A program made the position numbers and the translations under genes. This document shows, piece by piece, positions 12,136-24,929 of a DNA stretch of 64,000 bases; position 1 is the stretch's first letter; the number at the start of each line of letters is the position of its first letter. The notes below the pieces were generated by a model that did not search any database, was not told the origin of the DNA, and worked only from the letters and a program-made list of their open reading frames with translations. This stretch comes from Amphiscolops sp. MND2022. Taxonomy: Eukaryota. The stretch lies in the NCBI GenBank assembly GCA_964187785.1, contig OZ076409.1, positions 6,760,001-6,824,000 on the forward strand, read 5' to 3'.

Positions 12136-13064
12136 AAAAACGCTTATTCTGCTTCTTCATTTGCTTTTGTACTCATTAATTTGAACGAAAATATCATCTC
12201 AGAGATGACCCTATATTTATTCATTATAGAATTTAATATAGCGTATACTAGAGAAAATAAACGAAGAGAATTCTATCATAGCTTTAAATTTTGATAATAG
12301 ATAAAAGATTATCTTTTTTCGAAAGACATCATTTTGCCATTTCTGGGGGTGACTGAACTCAAACCATTTTATTGAATTGAAAACATTTCATTGAAAATTG
12401 TTCAACATGAACTAGTTGGGATAGCAATCTACAATTTGTCTAGTTTCAAAACGTTGAGCCAAAATTTTCAGTTAGAAGTATGTTTGGGAAGCCTTTGAAA
12501 TTTGGGACAAGGAAAGCCAAACGCATTTCAATAATCGCGGCTATAATAGAATTATATTCTAGAATTTCTCTATATGTCTAAAGTATAGCCGTTTTTACAG
12601 TAGTCATTGTATGATAGTTATAGCTGTCATTATAGTTTTTCTATTATAGAATAGAATTTCACGCTATGGTCATCTCTAATCTCTGGTCTTTTCCATTCCC
12701 AATTTTCAGTTGAAAATTTCATTTGCAAGTTTGGCTTGCATTTTGTAGAGACACGATACTTTTTGTTGAAGAAAGTGAATAGTCAATCCCTAGTTTCTCG
12801 TGACATTTTCTACCATTTCAACTTCAAATTCAATCGAGGAAATGGAAAAGACCTACACTTTATTCCCAAATTGTCTTTTCTGAAGACAAATATCACTCGG
12901 TGCGCAAAATAAGTTTTCTATCTTTTTATATTCTCGGTAAAGATTGAATATTTTGAAATCATCCATTTTGTAGAATCAATCGTCATATTTGTAATCAAAT
13001 GAATTAATTTAAAGTATTTAACATTGCTCGTGCCTTTTCTCTTGAGAAGTAATACCTGTTAACC

Positions 13065-13428
13065 AAAGTTTTGACACCACTAATCAGCGAATTAGCGTCC
13101 GCGCAGAATTTTTTCAGCGGTTTTTTTAGCGATTCAACTTAGCAGCGGCAACTAATAGATTGTCCAAATTCAAACTTTCCTCCAGAAAATGCACTGAGTT
13201 TTGAAAGAATTTCGAAAATTTCAAATTTTACACTTGTAAATCCCACACAGTATGAGAAATTCTAGTCTTTTTTCCTGCGAAAATTGAATGAAGTTATCAT
13301 TGAATTTTGAAACATACTTGATTCAAACATTTAATAGAATGAAGAAAAAAGTTTTTCAGCTAAAGAGTGATTTTGAAATTAGCGGTTTAGCGATTTGCGA
13401 AAACAAATTAGGGATGCCAAAATTCTGC
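13065..13428. mobile_element. MITE with CA(G/A)AGTTTTGACA-type TIR and GCTAA-rich interior
   Basis: Related copies at ~17170-17601, ~18708-19237 and ~41004-41335; the last has a near-perfect 8-bp TSD (ATGTGGAG/ATGTTGAG). Confidence 0.6.
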
Positions 13429-14343
13429 CGCAAACCATGAGCCGTAGCTGATTTTACTACTGAAATTTTTTTATCATCAGATCACTTTATCACATTATCA
13501 GTTTTACCACGAGTTTTCATCTGACAAGTTAACTATTTGTTTACCAATCTTCCACTGCAATGAAATATTTATCAAAAAGCGGTGCCCCGTTTTTGCAAAG
13601 CATGATACCCACATTTTGTAGAGTTTGAGATTCCCTTGTTCCGAAAGCGTCCGGTTACTTTTGGCAATGAGTATAACGAAATACCATGTGAATTGACCCA
13701 TATAACACAAATTTTGATGCCTTTCCGAAAATTTTGAGTCGCCGAACATTCTTTGAAACGTATGGAATTTTTAATGCAAAGGCGTACCAATCAAACTGAG
13801 CATCATTGAATTAGGTTTTTCCAAAATACGAGCTTATCACTGGTTGCGTTTATGATTGGCCCGCTTACGCTTAAGCGGCGCTTTTTGGAATAAAACTTCA
13901 GTGCAGCGAATTTCAGTTCTCAGGAGCTGCAATTTTTGGTTATTTTAATCTGTTACTCCCTTTTCTCACCAAACTACCACCACAAAAGACATGTTTCAAC
14001 TGTACTGGTGTCGGGTGAAACGCCCAGTATGAACAGTTGGCCATTGTAAGAGTTTGACACTTTTTAAAACCAAAATAGCTGAAATCTTCGACCAATCGGA
14101 TAAGCGGAAATGTCAGTCGTCGCTTTCGGCGCTGATTCTGATATTACGTTGCTTTCGCTTCGTTTGCGTTTTCGCTCACAATCGACCTAATTCACTGCTG
14201 AGCGCTTAGCCTACCTCATTTAAGAATGAGTGATGGGAAAAAGTACGATGAGAAAAACACTTTGTTCGTCATTTTCTTAGTGATGTGCTGTTTCGTTCTC
14301 CTTTCATATGTGAACACGTGCTTCATTTTTCTAGTCAACTTAT

Positions 14344-14792
14344 GGCTATTTTCTGCCCCCCCCCACCAAAATTTTTGAAAACAACACCTTCCAAAATTGT
14401 TTTGGAAAAAATATTGTGAAAATATTAAAATAAAAAGTCATAGGACTAAATCAGAAACCTTTACTTTTATATTTCAGGGGCAGGGTGACAGTTTAGAATT
14501 GAGATACAAACTTTGTTCACGCTATAATTCCTTAAGAAGTCATGCATTCCTGTTGAAATTTCAACAGCTTCCTGTTTTGAATCACAAAAAAAAACAGTCA
14601 ATTTCCAACATATCTGCACAGTCAAAATGTGTGAAAAATGTTTTGTTCAAACAAAAAACTATTCCAATAGAAGGTAATTTCATGTTATGGAAACAACTTC
14701 ACTTCGATTTCGACCAGTTTAGAAAAATTTTGTTAATTTCTCGAAGCATTTTCATGGTAGGGGGCTGGGGCTTGGGAAAAGAGAAAAGAGCC
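14344..14792. mobile_element. GG-terminal MITE (GGCTCTTTTC TIR family, Merlin-like), 8-bp TSD CAACTTAT
   Basis: Termini GGCTATTTTCT...AGAAAAGAGCC; perfect TSD at 14336-14343 and 14793-14800; same family as 38355-38732. Confidence 0.85.
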
Positions 14793-15485
14793 CAACTTAT
14801 TGCTAATCTTTTAATCGAAAACAATTTGCGATCACTTTTTCTTTTGAGCAGTCGCAGCCTCGGAAGATATGCAGCTCTGATAAGTTTCGGTCAAAAATTT
14901 CTTCATACTTGTTAATGAGAGGCCTTAGCTCTTTTCGGTTTTCCCACCATCTGAATTTTTGAAATTTTGAAATGAAAAGTTTTTCAAACCAGCTGAATTG
15001 AAAGTGGAATTTTCTCCATAGCAGGAAGTTAACTTCTATTGGAACAGTTTTTCTTCACTTGAACAAAACATTTTTCAATCACTTAGGCTGTTATTATGCT
15101 CAAATTAACTGTTTTTTTTTGTGACTCAAAGACAGGAAGCTGTTGACTTCCTAATCAATAATGCGTGATTTCATAAGGAAAAATAGTGTGAACAAAGCTG
15201 TATAGGATCCTTAACTGGCATCTTGAGAATAATTTTAAAATTGAAGGTTTCTGGTTTGATTTTTAGTCTTTTTGTCCTAATATTTTCACTAATTTCCCAA
15301 AATTTTATGATGGGGGGGGTGTTGTGACAGAAATTCAAGAATGACGATTTTTCAATCAATCAATTAGAAAGACTACATTGATGGTTCTGTACACTTTCAG
15401 ATATTTGCATGTACTAACAGCTGAACGAACGATCTTCCATATTTGCTCTATAACTAACTCAAATCGACCAACTTTTATTCTTCCA

Positions 15486-15740
15486 ATGGGTCCTAAATGG
15501 GGTGGCGGAGACAAATGTGCGTCTTGTAGCAAGACTGTGTACGCCATGGAGAAAGTGGAGGCACTCAGTGGTATATACCATAAAAGTTGTCTGAAGTGTG
15601 CAACTTGCAGCAAAGTCATTCAACTGAGCACTTCTTCGGACCATGATGGTGTCTTGTATTGCAACCCCTGCCATCGCAAAAACTTCGGACCAAAGGGCAT
15701 CGGTTTTGGAGTGGGTGCAGGTACCTTGCACTCAACATGA
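15486..15740 (+). CDS. Single-LIM cysteine/glycine-rich protein, copy 2, 84 aa
   Basis: 77/84 aa identical to copy 1. True ATG is at 15486; the longer ORF-track start crosses a TTTCAG acceptor-like site at 15400. Confidence 0.93.
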   Translation: MGPKWGGGDKCASCSKTVYAMEKVEALSGIYHKSCLKCATCSKVIQLSTSSDHDGVLYCNPCHRKNFGPKGIGFGVGAGTLHST

Positions 15741-16685
15741 AAAACGCTTCTTATTCTTCACTTGCTTCTTGTAATCATTGGTTTTAAAAACCGTCTCTGG
15801 TCTTTTTCATTCCAATTTTTTCTCATCCTTTTTTTCTCATATCATTCCCAATTTTGACTTGAAAATTTCTCGAAACACGATGTTTTCGGTTGAAGAAGGT
15901 GATGATCACAAAAAATGTCGTCTGCTTTTTCGTGACTTCTCTTACTGTGTCTACCGTTGAATTAGGTTTTAGCAAAAAAACGCGCTTATCGCTTGTTGCG
16001 CTTATGATTGACCAGCTTACGCTTAAGCGGCGCTTTTTGGAAGAAAACTTTAGTCCAACGAATTTAAGTTTTCAAAAGCTGCAATTTCGATCGGTTACTC
16101 CCTTTTTTGTTATTGAAATAGCTCAAAATTCTGATATTGAAATAGCTCAAAATCAGATAAGCGCAAATTTCAGTCTTCGCTTTCGGCGCTTATTCTATTA
16201 CCTCGCTTTCACTTCTTTTGTGCTTTCCCGCACAAGCGACCTAATTTACTGGTGTCTAGTGTTTGATACTATTGCTAATTTTAAATATTCACCGTCTTGC
16301 TTTGTTAAAATGAATTTTGAACTTCAAATTCAGTCGAGGACATGAAAAAGACCTTCACTTCATTCCAAACTGTCTTTCTGCAGACTGATATCACTCGGTG
16401 CGTAAAACAGGCTTCTATCGTTTTTCAATCTTTTCGGTAAAGAATGGCTATTATTTCGAAAATATTCTCTGTCGAATCATGAATATTAGATGTGTTGTCC
16501 AATATCTTTGATGTAAAAGTTTTATTCTCTCCGTCGTTTTCACGGTGATGGGCTGTATCTTTCTTATTTCATCTGTGAATGAGTAGTGTTCTTCAGAATT
16601 TAGGTGCTTCACTTTTCTAGTCAACAAATTGTAATTTAATTTAATAATGTTATCAACGTTTTCGTTTTGAGTGACAGCTTCGGAG

Positions 16686-17149
16686 CAGGGGCGGAAATAA
16701 AACACGGAGTGAAATCGCGTGAAATTCCATGTAATTCGACTAGTCAAATCACGCCGTGATATAGCATGAAATTACTGCTCAATAAGTAAAATAGCGTGTA
16801 AAATAACACAATTACCGCCATCGTATACCACTTTTATCGTTAATACATACTAATTTAATCACTTATTAACTAATTCATTTCTTCCCTCGTCTTCTGCGTC
16901 GGAAGAGCGAACATTCTCATATTTCAATAAATTACTGAGCGAAGAAAGGGAAAATATGGATGAAACTACCATAAATCACCTTTTGTTTCTTTATGTCAAT
17001 GCAAAATTTATTGAATAAGTATGTGTTAATTGATATTTTTTGCGTGAAAAAGCGTGTTTTTATACATTTTCCGTGTAATTTGTTTGAATCTAACGTGAAA
17101 CTTTCCGTGATTTTTCAGTTGTCATGTCCGTGTAATATTACCGCCCCTG
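16686..17149. mobile_element. hAT-like MITE, 8-bp TSD CTTCGGAG
   Basis: TIR CAGGGGCGG...CCGCCCCTG with perfect TSD. Confidence 0.88.
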
Positions 17150-17950
17150 CTTCGGAGAGATGAGCAGCTCTGAGAATTTTTGGTCACACGTTTCTTCAAA
17201 CATGAAAATTGGCGGGCTTTCAACGAGCTGTTTCAAAACAATTAACCAACTTTGTCATTCAATTTACAGCAAAGTCTTGACATCGCTATTTTTTCGCCAA
17301 ACCGCTAATTTCAAAATCTGTATTTCGTTGCAAAACTTTTTCAAACTAAAAAATGTTTGAATTCAAGAATATTTTAGAACTAAACGATAACTTGATTTAA
17401 TTTTTGCAAGAAAGAATTTTTATACCGTGTGGGTTTTAGTCAAAAAGATTTTGTATTTTTGTGGAATCCATTTTGAAACTTCCATTTAGAAACCAGAAGA
17501 AATTTTGAATTTCGATATTCTATTAGATGCCGCTAATTCGAATCGCTAAAAAATTCTGGGCGACCGCTAAATCGCTAATTAGCGGCGGTGTCAAAACTCT
17601 GATTCAGAAGGAGAGAAAGACTGAATCATCTTTCAAGATTGGGTTTTTACAAACATTCCTGCATTGTAGGAGATAGGGTAGGGTATAGTACCTTCAATAT
17701 AACATTGGTTTTGTTCACATGTCTCGATATTTTTTGTGAAACTGATGTAGGTTGAACAGTTGTACTTATAACGCCCATTAATCGCATATGGTAACCAGCA
17801 TAACAAAGGTCAAAAGCTCTATTTATTGGCAGTTCGGTTTTTGACTTGAACTTCATGGCTTTGTTTATGACCTAACACCCAGCGGGAACACAGTTTCGTA
17901 AAACGTTTTTTTCATTTTTGCGATAACAGGAAACCAAGCTCGATTACCAT

Positions 17951-18343
17951 GGATGCGGGGCAAAACAGCCGATTTTAAAACGAGACAAAACAGCCGATTT
18001 TCAAAACGGAACAAAATGAGTGCTGTCACAGCCAAAATGCATGGAACTTGATTTATTTGAAGAGGTTCATATTTGTTGTATGGCTCGGTCGCTTCGCTCC
18101 CTTCGCCAAGTAGCAACATTGAGGCATGGCCATATGGCACGTCGCTTCGCTTCGCTCCTGCATTTAGGGCACTTTGGGTATGTGAACACAGCTGACTATG
18201 TTATAATGATAAATTCATTGACTGCTAATCTTACGCATTGATGAAATCGGCGATTTTTATTTTTTACCATTCGGCGATTTTGTACTGTTTTAAAATCGGC
18301 TGTTTTGTCCTATTTTGAAAATCGGCTGTTTTGTCCCGCTCCC
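17951..18343. mobile_element. Mutator-like MITE, 9-bp TSD GATTACCAT
   Basis: Imperfect TIR GGATGCGGGGCAAAACAGCCGATTTT / AAATCGGCTGTTTTGTCCCGCTCCC with repeated subterminal units; TSD on both sides. Confidence 0.8.
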
Positions 18344-19274
18344 GATTACCATAGATGGAGGTAGAAAGGACTTTTCTCTCAACAACATCACTTGTTTTAC
18401 GCGAGGGGGTTACGAAGCGATTCTGTTCTTTACAGTATAAACCGACGCTTTCTTGCTTTGTGGAGTTGAATGGCTAACTCGGTTAAGATCATTGGAAATA
18501 GAAATTACCCAATTTGTTTTCCGGCACGTTTTCCGATAGCTCTACTCACCATGAAAACATACTCGGGTGACCCTCTACTGCTAAGTTTTCGATCGTACCT
18601 TCAGCTAAATTCCAAATCCTTGATGAATCGTTTAGTAACCATTCCGACGTGAAGTGAATTTTTAGATCATCTAACAACCACAGTATGTCGAAGGGTGAAT
18701 GTTTATAAGAGAATTTTGACACCCCTAATTGACGAATTGGCGGCCGCAAAATTTTTCAGCGATTTTAGCTGCAGCTAATAGATCGTCCAAAATCAAAATT
18801 TGCTCGGAGCATACACGGAGTTTCAAAAGGAATTTGGAAAAATGCACCTCTTGCCCTTGTAAAACCGACACAGTATGAAAAATTCAAGTCTTTTTCCTTG
18901 AAAAAACTGAACTAAGATATTCTAAAACCTACTTTAACCTACTTTTTTGCCGGTGGTTCTAAAAACAAACTATATTGACTCAAATAACAACTCGCCACAA
19001 ATAGTCCAATAGATTGTTGATAAGAAAGACAAACTTTCGTTTTCCTATATGCTTTTTGCGTTTCGTAATTTTTAATTAATTGTGAAAAAATGGCTGTGCT
19101 CATTTTCCCCGGACGAAATCGCTATTGAGGTTAAGTCAAGCATTTAATAGTTTGCAGAAAAAGCCTTTCAGCGAAATAGCAATTTCCAGGTTAGCGGTTT
19201 AGCAATTAGCGAAAAAAATAGCGATGTCAAAACCCTTGTTGATGAAAAGCAAAAACAGCATGAGGTATGAACTT

Positions 19275-19665
19275 TTTTCAGTCGGCGCTTTTCGGAAGAA
19301 AGAACTAACTATAGCTGTGGCTTTTTGCACATGACGAAGTCAATGTGCATTGCAGTCCAGCTAAGAAAGTTTTTTTTCCACAATAGTCAACTTCATAACG
19401 AGCGCTTTTTAGAATATAAGCCAAAACCCCAGAGAGATTCGAACCTGCAGCCTCCCGATTGCACGGCATATGTGTTGACCACTGTGCCATAGGGACGTTA
19501 TTGAACAAAGTTGAACTGTTGAATATATACGCATGCGATTAAAATAATATATACGCATATTAAAATAATTGTCTTCGTCATGTGTTGCGAAGCACCGCTT
19601 CGCCTCTGTGTTAAGCCTTTTTGAGCCTCAAGCGGGTCACCAACGTTTGCCATTCCCGGCTTGTT
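19275..19665 (+). mobile_element. HINE-like family A copy carrying a tRNA-like segment
   Basis: 5' AGTCGGCGC; degenerate 3' GCCATTCCCGGCTTGTT. Confidence 0.65.
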
Positions 19666-20272
19666 TACATGATAAATGAGATATAGATATCTTCACTATC
19701 CAAAGCAAATCCAGAATGCCAGAATGCTTTGTGCAGGATCAAGGAAGATGGTGAATGTGCTTTAGTTATTGTGCCTATGGGTCATTTCAATGGAAATATC
19801 AACTGGAGCACTGAGCTAATTCTCGACTGAAAAGGCCTTAAATTATTCATTCGAGAAATTGGAAATTTTGGAAAATTTTCCTCCCCTGCTGAAAAACTGG
19901 GAAAAAATGTAAAATTAGCATTAAAAATGTAGCTGGGGCTATAGGCATTTATGTGAATTCATCTGAATTGAGTAAAGTAAAAAGTTTTAGCAAAAGTAAT
20001 GTTGGTAAAATTCATTAGGTGAATTTGTAGGTTTTCCATGTCTGGGGGAGGGGAGCCGAATTTTTGGAATAAGACTGCTACCAAAAATACGATGGAACTA
20101 AAATTATCTAAAGAGTTTCACTTTGTGTCCACCGCGCAAATTTTTTCCACCGCATTTTTTCATTGAAACTTATTCGAATGAAACTAACTCACGCAGTTCT
20201 AGTGTAACTCCCCATCAAATTATGCCTCATTCAGATCAGAGATGAGAATTTATTGTAAACGCAATAATGCAA

Positions 20273-20747
20273 TTTTTAGTCGGCGCATTTTAGTAGAAAA
20301 TGTGCCCGACTCTTACAGTGGGTAGTTTTTTTAGTCGGCGCATTTTAGTAGAAATTGTGCCCGACTCTTACACTGGGTAGTTTTTTTTAGACACGAAAGG
20401 TCCACTTTTTTGTTCAGTTCATCTGTTCAACAACTTGGGGGAGGTTCAAAACACTCGAAATCTCAGAACCTTGTGCAAAACAAAAAAAAGAAACAAACGA
20501 ACGTCCTGGAAAACATAATAAGGGTCCAAAGTTAGACATTTCTATTTTTTTCGGCACTATGAGGCATTATTTTGAATTATTTTGTTACTGGAAAAATTTT
20601 TAATGTCTCCAAAGGGATCCCCTTTTCATACTTTGGAACAAACTGGAGTTTCTGAAAGCCTAAAAGGTCCACCTTTTTACAATTTTAAAAACTTCGCGCT
20701 TTTTGAGTCCCAGATATAGCGCCGACTTTGGCCGTTCCCGGCTTGTT
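20273..20747 (+). mobile_element. HINE-like family A copy (5' end locally duplicated)
   Basis: TTTTAGTCGGCGC...GCGCCGACTTTGGCCGTTCCCGGCTTGTT. Confidence 0.8.
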
Positions 20748-21111
20748 AGACATTTCTGAGGAATGTGCCAAGATGTTTCGTATTGCTAATAAATGTTCCT
20801 ATAGAAAAAATGTGCATTTCTGAGAAACGTTTAAAATTTTGAAATACAGAAAATCGCCGATTGCAAGCGCAGATATTGAGTGGGCGTTCTCGAGAATGTC
20901 AGCAATTTTGACGCCCCAAAGACAAAAACTTACGTTTAACTCGCTAAAGATGCATCTTATTATAAATTGGAACACCTATGAATTTGATGAAAATATTGAA
21001 TAAATTTTGTTTAAAACACTTTTTTCGCAATTTTTTCATTTTTTACGCATTTTTGGTCATTTTTGAGGTAGATTTATTGCGCAACTTTTCAATTATTTTC
21101 AGAGTTTTGCC

Positions 21112-21391
21112 ATGGAATCGATGATAAGTGATCCCCACATTGGCACAGTGGCCCCCATGCATTTTTCTTATTCCACCCTCAACTCCTCGCTAGAGGGCTG
21201 CGAAGTGTCATCGGGGGGTCACCCGCTCTCCGCGGTCGCCGAGGACTCGAACCAGAGTGTGACCTCTACAGATCAGTCTGTGTTGACCCCTGGCGAACTC
21301 ATCAGCAAGTTGGACATGGTCGTGAAAAAACTGCAGAAGAAAGATTACCGAAATCTGTTCATGTGGCCGTGGACCGAATCTTTTGCTCCAG
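21112..21391 (+). CDS. BRD7/9: BRD7/BRD9-like protein, coding exon 1
   Basis: ATG shortly after a TTTTCAG acceptor. LQKKDYRNLFMWPWTESFAPG resembles the start of the BRD7/9 bromodomain. Ends at GC donor CAG|GCAGGG, phase 1. Confidence 0.8.
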
Positions 21392-21420
21392 GCAGGGTTG
21401 CACAACATCAATCAACAGTT

Positions 21421-21610
21421 GTTATTTTCCGCCCCAATATAATGGGGCGGAAAATCATAATGTGTTTTTTACAAATTCTGCCAAATCTCCACCATGGCGC
21501 AGTTGGTAGTGCGTCTGCCTGGCAGACACGAGGTCCTGAGTTCGAACCCGTGCTGATGCGTTACATTTTTAGCGGAAAATATCCCGGTGCTTAGAGGGTG
21601 TCTTGTTTTA
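21421..21610 (+). mobile_element. HINE-like family B copy with tRNA-like internal segment
   Basis: 5' hairpin TTTTCCGCCCCA-ATATAA-TGGGGCGGAAAA, 3' subTIR GCGGAAAATA, ends GTCTTGTTT; relatives at ~30248-30480 and ~55745-56072. Confidence 0.65.
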
Positions 21611-21829
21611 AATAATATTGGATTCAATAGCTTGAAAGTTTTTAGGAGTCGGAGAAAATTTTCCAATACTTTATGAACTCGTACACCTTTTTTCTCCCGA
21701 TCTTTCAATTTTAAATTTCAATAAATTTCCAAATAAAGTTAGAGGAAACAAGCCGGGAACGACTCAAGTCGGCGCCCGCTCCTGATAGTTCTAACTAATT
21801 CGAAACATCAAAAACCCGGAATATTTCGT

Positions 21830-22490
21830 AACAAGCCGGGACCGGCCCAAGTCGGCGACATATCCAAGGCTCAAAAATAGCAAAAAGACTTCCAAGTGTC
21901 AAGTATTCTCTTTTACAGTACTCGAAAATCGAAAATTTTACGAGAAAAAATTTTCGAAAAAATTACATACTCAAAAAAATGGACCGAGTGGCGCACCGGG
22001 GCCCCTGGCGCGCTGAAAGGTGGACACTTCCGAAATTGTCGACATTTTGGCCGCAGTTGAGGGGGTTTTGTCGCAAAACATCAAAAAATTGAAACGGGGA
22101 AAATTTTTATTTTCGGAAAAAAATTTCACAGTGCCGAAAAAAACTGAAAGGGGGGACCCTTTGGGATTTTCCAACATCCATTCTGTCGCAAAACAGCAAA
22201 AAAATTGAAGGGGGAGGACCCTTTGAGGAAAAAAAATTTCCCGGAAAAAAAAGTCTCGCAGTGCCGAAAAAAATTGGAAGGGGGACCCTTTGGTCTCGCC
22301 GGGTATGGTATGTTACGCGGGAAAACAGGAAAAACCTTTTTGGTTCAGTTCGCTAGACCAAATAGTGCAATTTGGTGCAATGATATTTTGTAGAACTTTT
22401 GTAGAACTATTTTGGTCAGTTCGTGTGGATTCAAAAAAAGAAAAGCCACTATAATAGTCGCGTTTCACTTCATGAAGCGCCGACTAAAAA
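21830..22490 (-). mobile_element. HINE-like family A copy
   Basis: AACAAGCCGGGACCGGC...GCGCCGACTAAAA; an extra isolated 3' end lies at ~21748-21777. Confidence 0.8.
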
Positions 22491-23179
22491 AGACGTTTTT
22501 TTCTTCTGAAAAAGTCTATAGTGCCAAAAAACTTAAAAGGAGACCCTTCAAGTTCGCACAACCTTTTTTTTCAAGCCGAAAACGTTTTTTGAAAAGTGAA
22601 GGTGATTCCCTTTGACCAAATGATTTTTTTTCGAAACAAGTCGCACGAAGCGGAAAATTTTTTTCAACAGAAATTTTTTTAAAAATTGTGTGATTCAAAA
22701 ATCTTTCATTTTTTCGATAAGTCGCATAGTGCCGAAAAACTCTAAGGGTTGCAAAACGTTTCGTCTAAGGGTTGCAAAAAACTCTAAGGGTTGCAAAAAA
22801 AGGGAGGCTCCGGTTTAAAAATTTAGAAAAGTAGCAAGTACTGGTACCCTTTGCTCTTTCCTCTACTTTTGCGAACATAAAAAACTTGGATTAGTGCGGG
22901 ACTCGAACCCACGTCCTCCTGCTTTTCAGACTCCGTCACCAGGCCTGGAAATCCTCCTAATCTTTGGGTCAAAACGAGAAACCCTTCCATTTAAAATTGG
23001 TGAAATCCATTTAAAATTATAAAATTGGGTGCTTCGAGGTGACGAAGGAAATACTTGCCTCTGTAAAATTTGTGCTTTTTTTACTAAACTGGCTAACTTA
23101 TCTGCAAACTAATATCAGAAGACTTTTTCTCTTGGTGTAGCAAGAATCGTGAATTACATTGTTGAAGACGGAGTCACTA

Positions 23180-23936
23180 CAGTAGCGTTCTAAAATATCG
23201 CAACTCCAATGCTTAAAATTGCAAATTTCAAAACCAAATTTCTTGAAAACTGTCACAAATACGAAAAAGTGTCAGCTAGGAAAGTTTCTTAGAATATTAT
23301 CTAGTTTACAAAAATGTTTGTTTGAAATTTCTGCGACAAAAATTACAAAAGTTAGAAATTGGAAATTTTGACAAAATTTAATCAAATTTGTACTTTTTCT
23401 GGATTTTCACAAAGTTGAAAATATATTTTTGAAAAATTTTCAGTCCATCATTTGTCCCTAAATCTCCTGAGGATGTTGATATAATTTGATCGGAAACTTT
23501 TACGATTTCAAATAAAAATCATCAATTTTCTAAATACAATTCTTATAGCCTATCTTAATACATGTACTTCAGTGCTCATAGACACAAAATATAGTGTATT
23601 TTATCTGATTCGAAAAACAATTCTCGATCAAAACAATTCAGTAGGTTCGGGAGATTATAGGAAGTTTCCCAATGAAAAAAAATCCAAAAAAATTATTCTA
23701 AGTTCCTCAATTTTCGAAAAAGCTCAAATTTCAATTAAAATTTACCAAAATTTGCAATTTCTCACTTTTCTGGGAACGGTCGTAGAAATTTCAAACAAAC
23801 ATTTTTGTAAACTAGATAAAATTCTAAGAAACTTTCCTAGCTGACAAAACTTTGTATTCGTGACAGTTTATGAGATATTTGGTTTTGAATTTTGCCATTT
23901 TATGCTATGAGGTTGCGATATTTTAGAACGCTACTG
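23180..23936. mobile_element. Tc1/mariner-like MITE with long TIRs, TA TSD
   Basis: TA|CAGTAGCGTTCTAAAATATCGCAAC...GTTGCGATATTTTAGAACGCTACTG|TA; inverted arms ~200 bp. Confidence 0.85.
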
Positions 23937-24418
23937 TATGTAACATTAATGATTAGAGCAATGAATCTATTTGATACCGTTTTTAGTGAATCCGTTAAAT
24001 TTCCCATTGACTAAATTGTGAAAACGCAATAAAGTAATGCATTGAAATTTCCAATGCCTACATAACTTGTTAGTCTTCAACCTTCAAGTTTCGGTAATCG
24101 TCATCGTCTCCATGAATTTATAATGATTTATCTGACAAACTATTCCGAACCAATTTTTGTGAGCAAATAATAGGCTCACTATATGCTGTTAAATACTACT
24201 GCCGTGTTTGCTTTGCGTTCGATTGGTCGCGGTTTCTTAAAATGACTGCATAATCAAACATTGGGAGACAGTTTTATCCCAAAATCCATTGAATGAACCC
24301 AAAGTACTCGTTACATGATGAATTTCCTTTTGAACTACTTTTGATTAGTAATCACAGCAATCCATCAGCGTCTTCGTTGATTAAGTTTTGATCGTGAATT
24401 TTGTAACCCTGTCTTTAG

Positions 24419-24819
24419 GATTCAACCAAACGTACCCCCAGCAACAAACGCTCGCTCAAATCGGAAAGGACATATCAGAAGCGAAAATCCATTCAGTCCA
24501 ATCTTTCTATTCAATTTGTTTCGCCATCTTCGAAAACGTTGCCCAATTCGGCGGGGACCCCGAAACTTTTTTGTTCAAGTACGGCCGGAAGATGCAGTTT
24601 TTTCTGCAGAAAGAAGTGCTTAAAGTGTTTCCAACGTTCAGCGTGCCTGAAAACAGCGTCGCCGAGGCTTCTGGCTCCGAAATCCTGGCACGGAAAAGGT
24701 CATTTGTTGAGGCCGAGGCGGAATCTGCACAAGAACCAGATGGTAATGAAGCCAGCAACACTCTTCCGAAGCTGACTCAATTGGAAACGTTTGTGCTTGC
24801 GGCTTTGCCAAACCAGCCG
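24419..24819 (+). CDS. BRD7/9: BRD7/BRD9-like protein, exon 2 (remainder of bromodomain)
   Basis: Acceptor TCTTTAG|GA joins exon 1 in frame to give APG-FNQTYP; donor CCG|GTTAGA. Confidence 0.78.
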
Positions 24820-24929
24820 GTTAGATTTTCATTGAATACGGTCAACTCCGGTTAATTCGTATTCTGATAATTCAGATCTTCGTTTAATTCGTATGTATCT
24901 GGGATCTCCGTTTTGCGACGAAACAAGTA

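Larger units (their letters stand above)
21393..24411. mobile_element. Old hAT-like TIR element spanning BRD7/9 intron 1 (with nested insertions)
   Basis: TIR CAGGGTTGCACAA / TTTTGTAACCCTG (11/13 match) at the intron ends; degenerate 8-bp TSD GCTCCAGG / TCTTTAGG. Confidence 0.7.

Noticed and set aside
21392..21594. C-terminal part of the 160-aa ORF 21112-21594
   Set aside because: Read-through into intron/TE sequence; bromodomain similarity continues at 24419.
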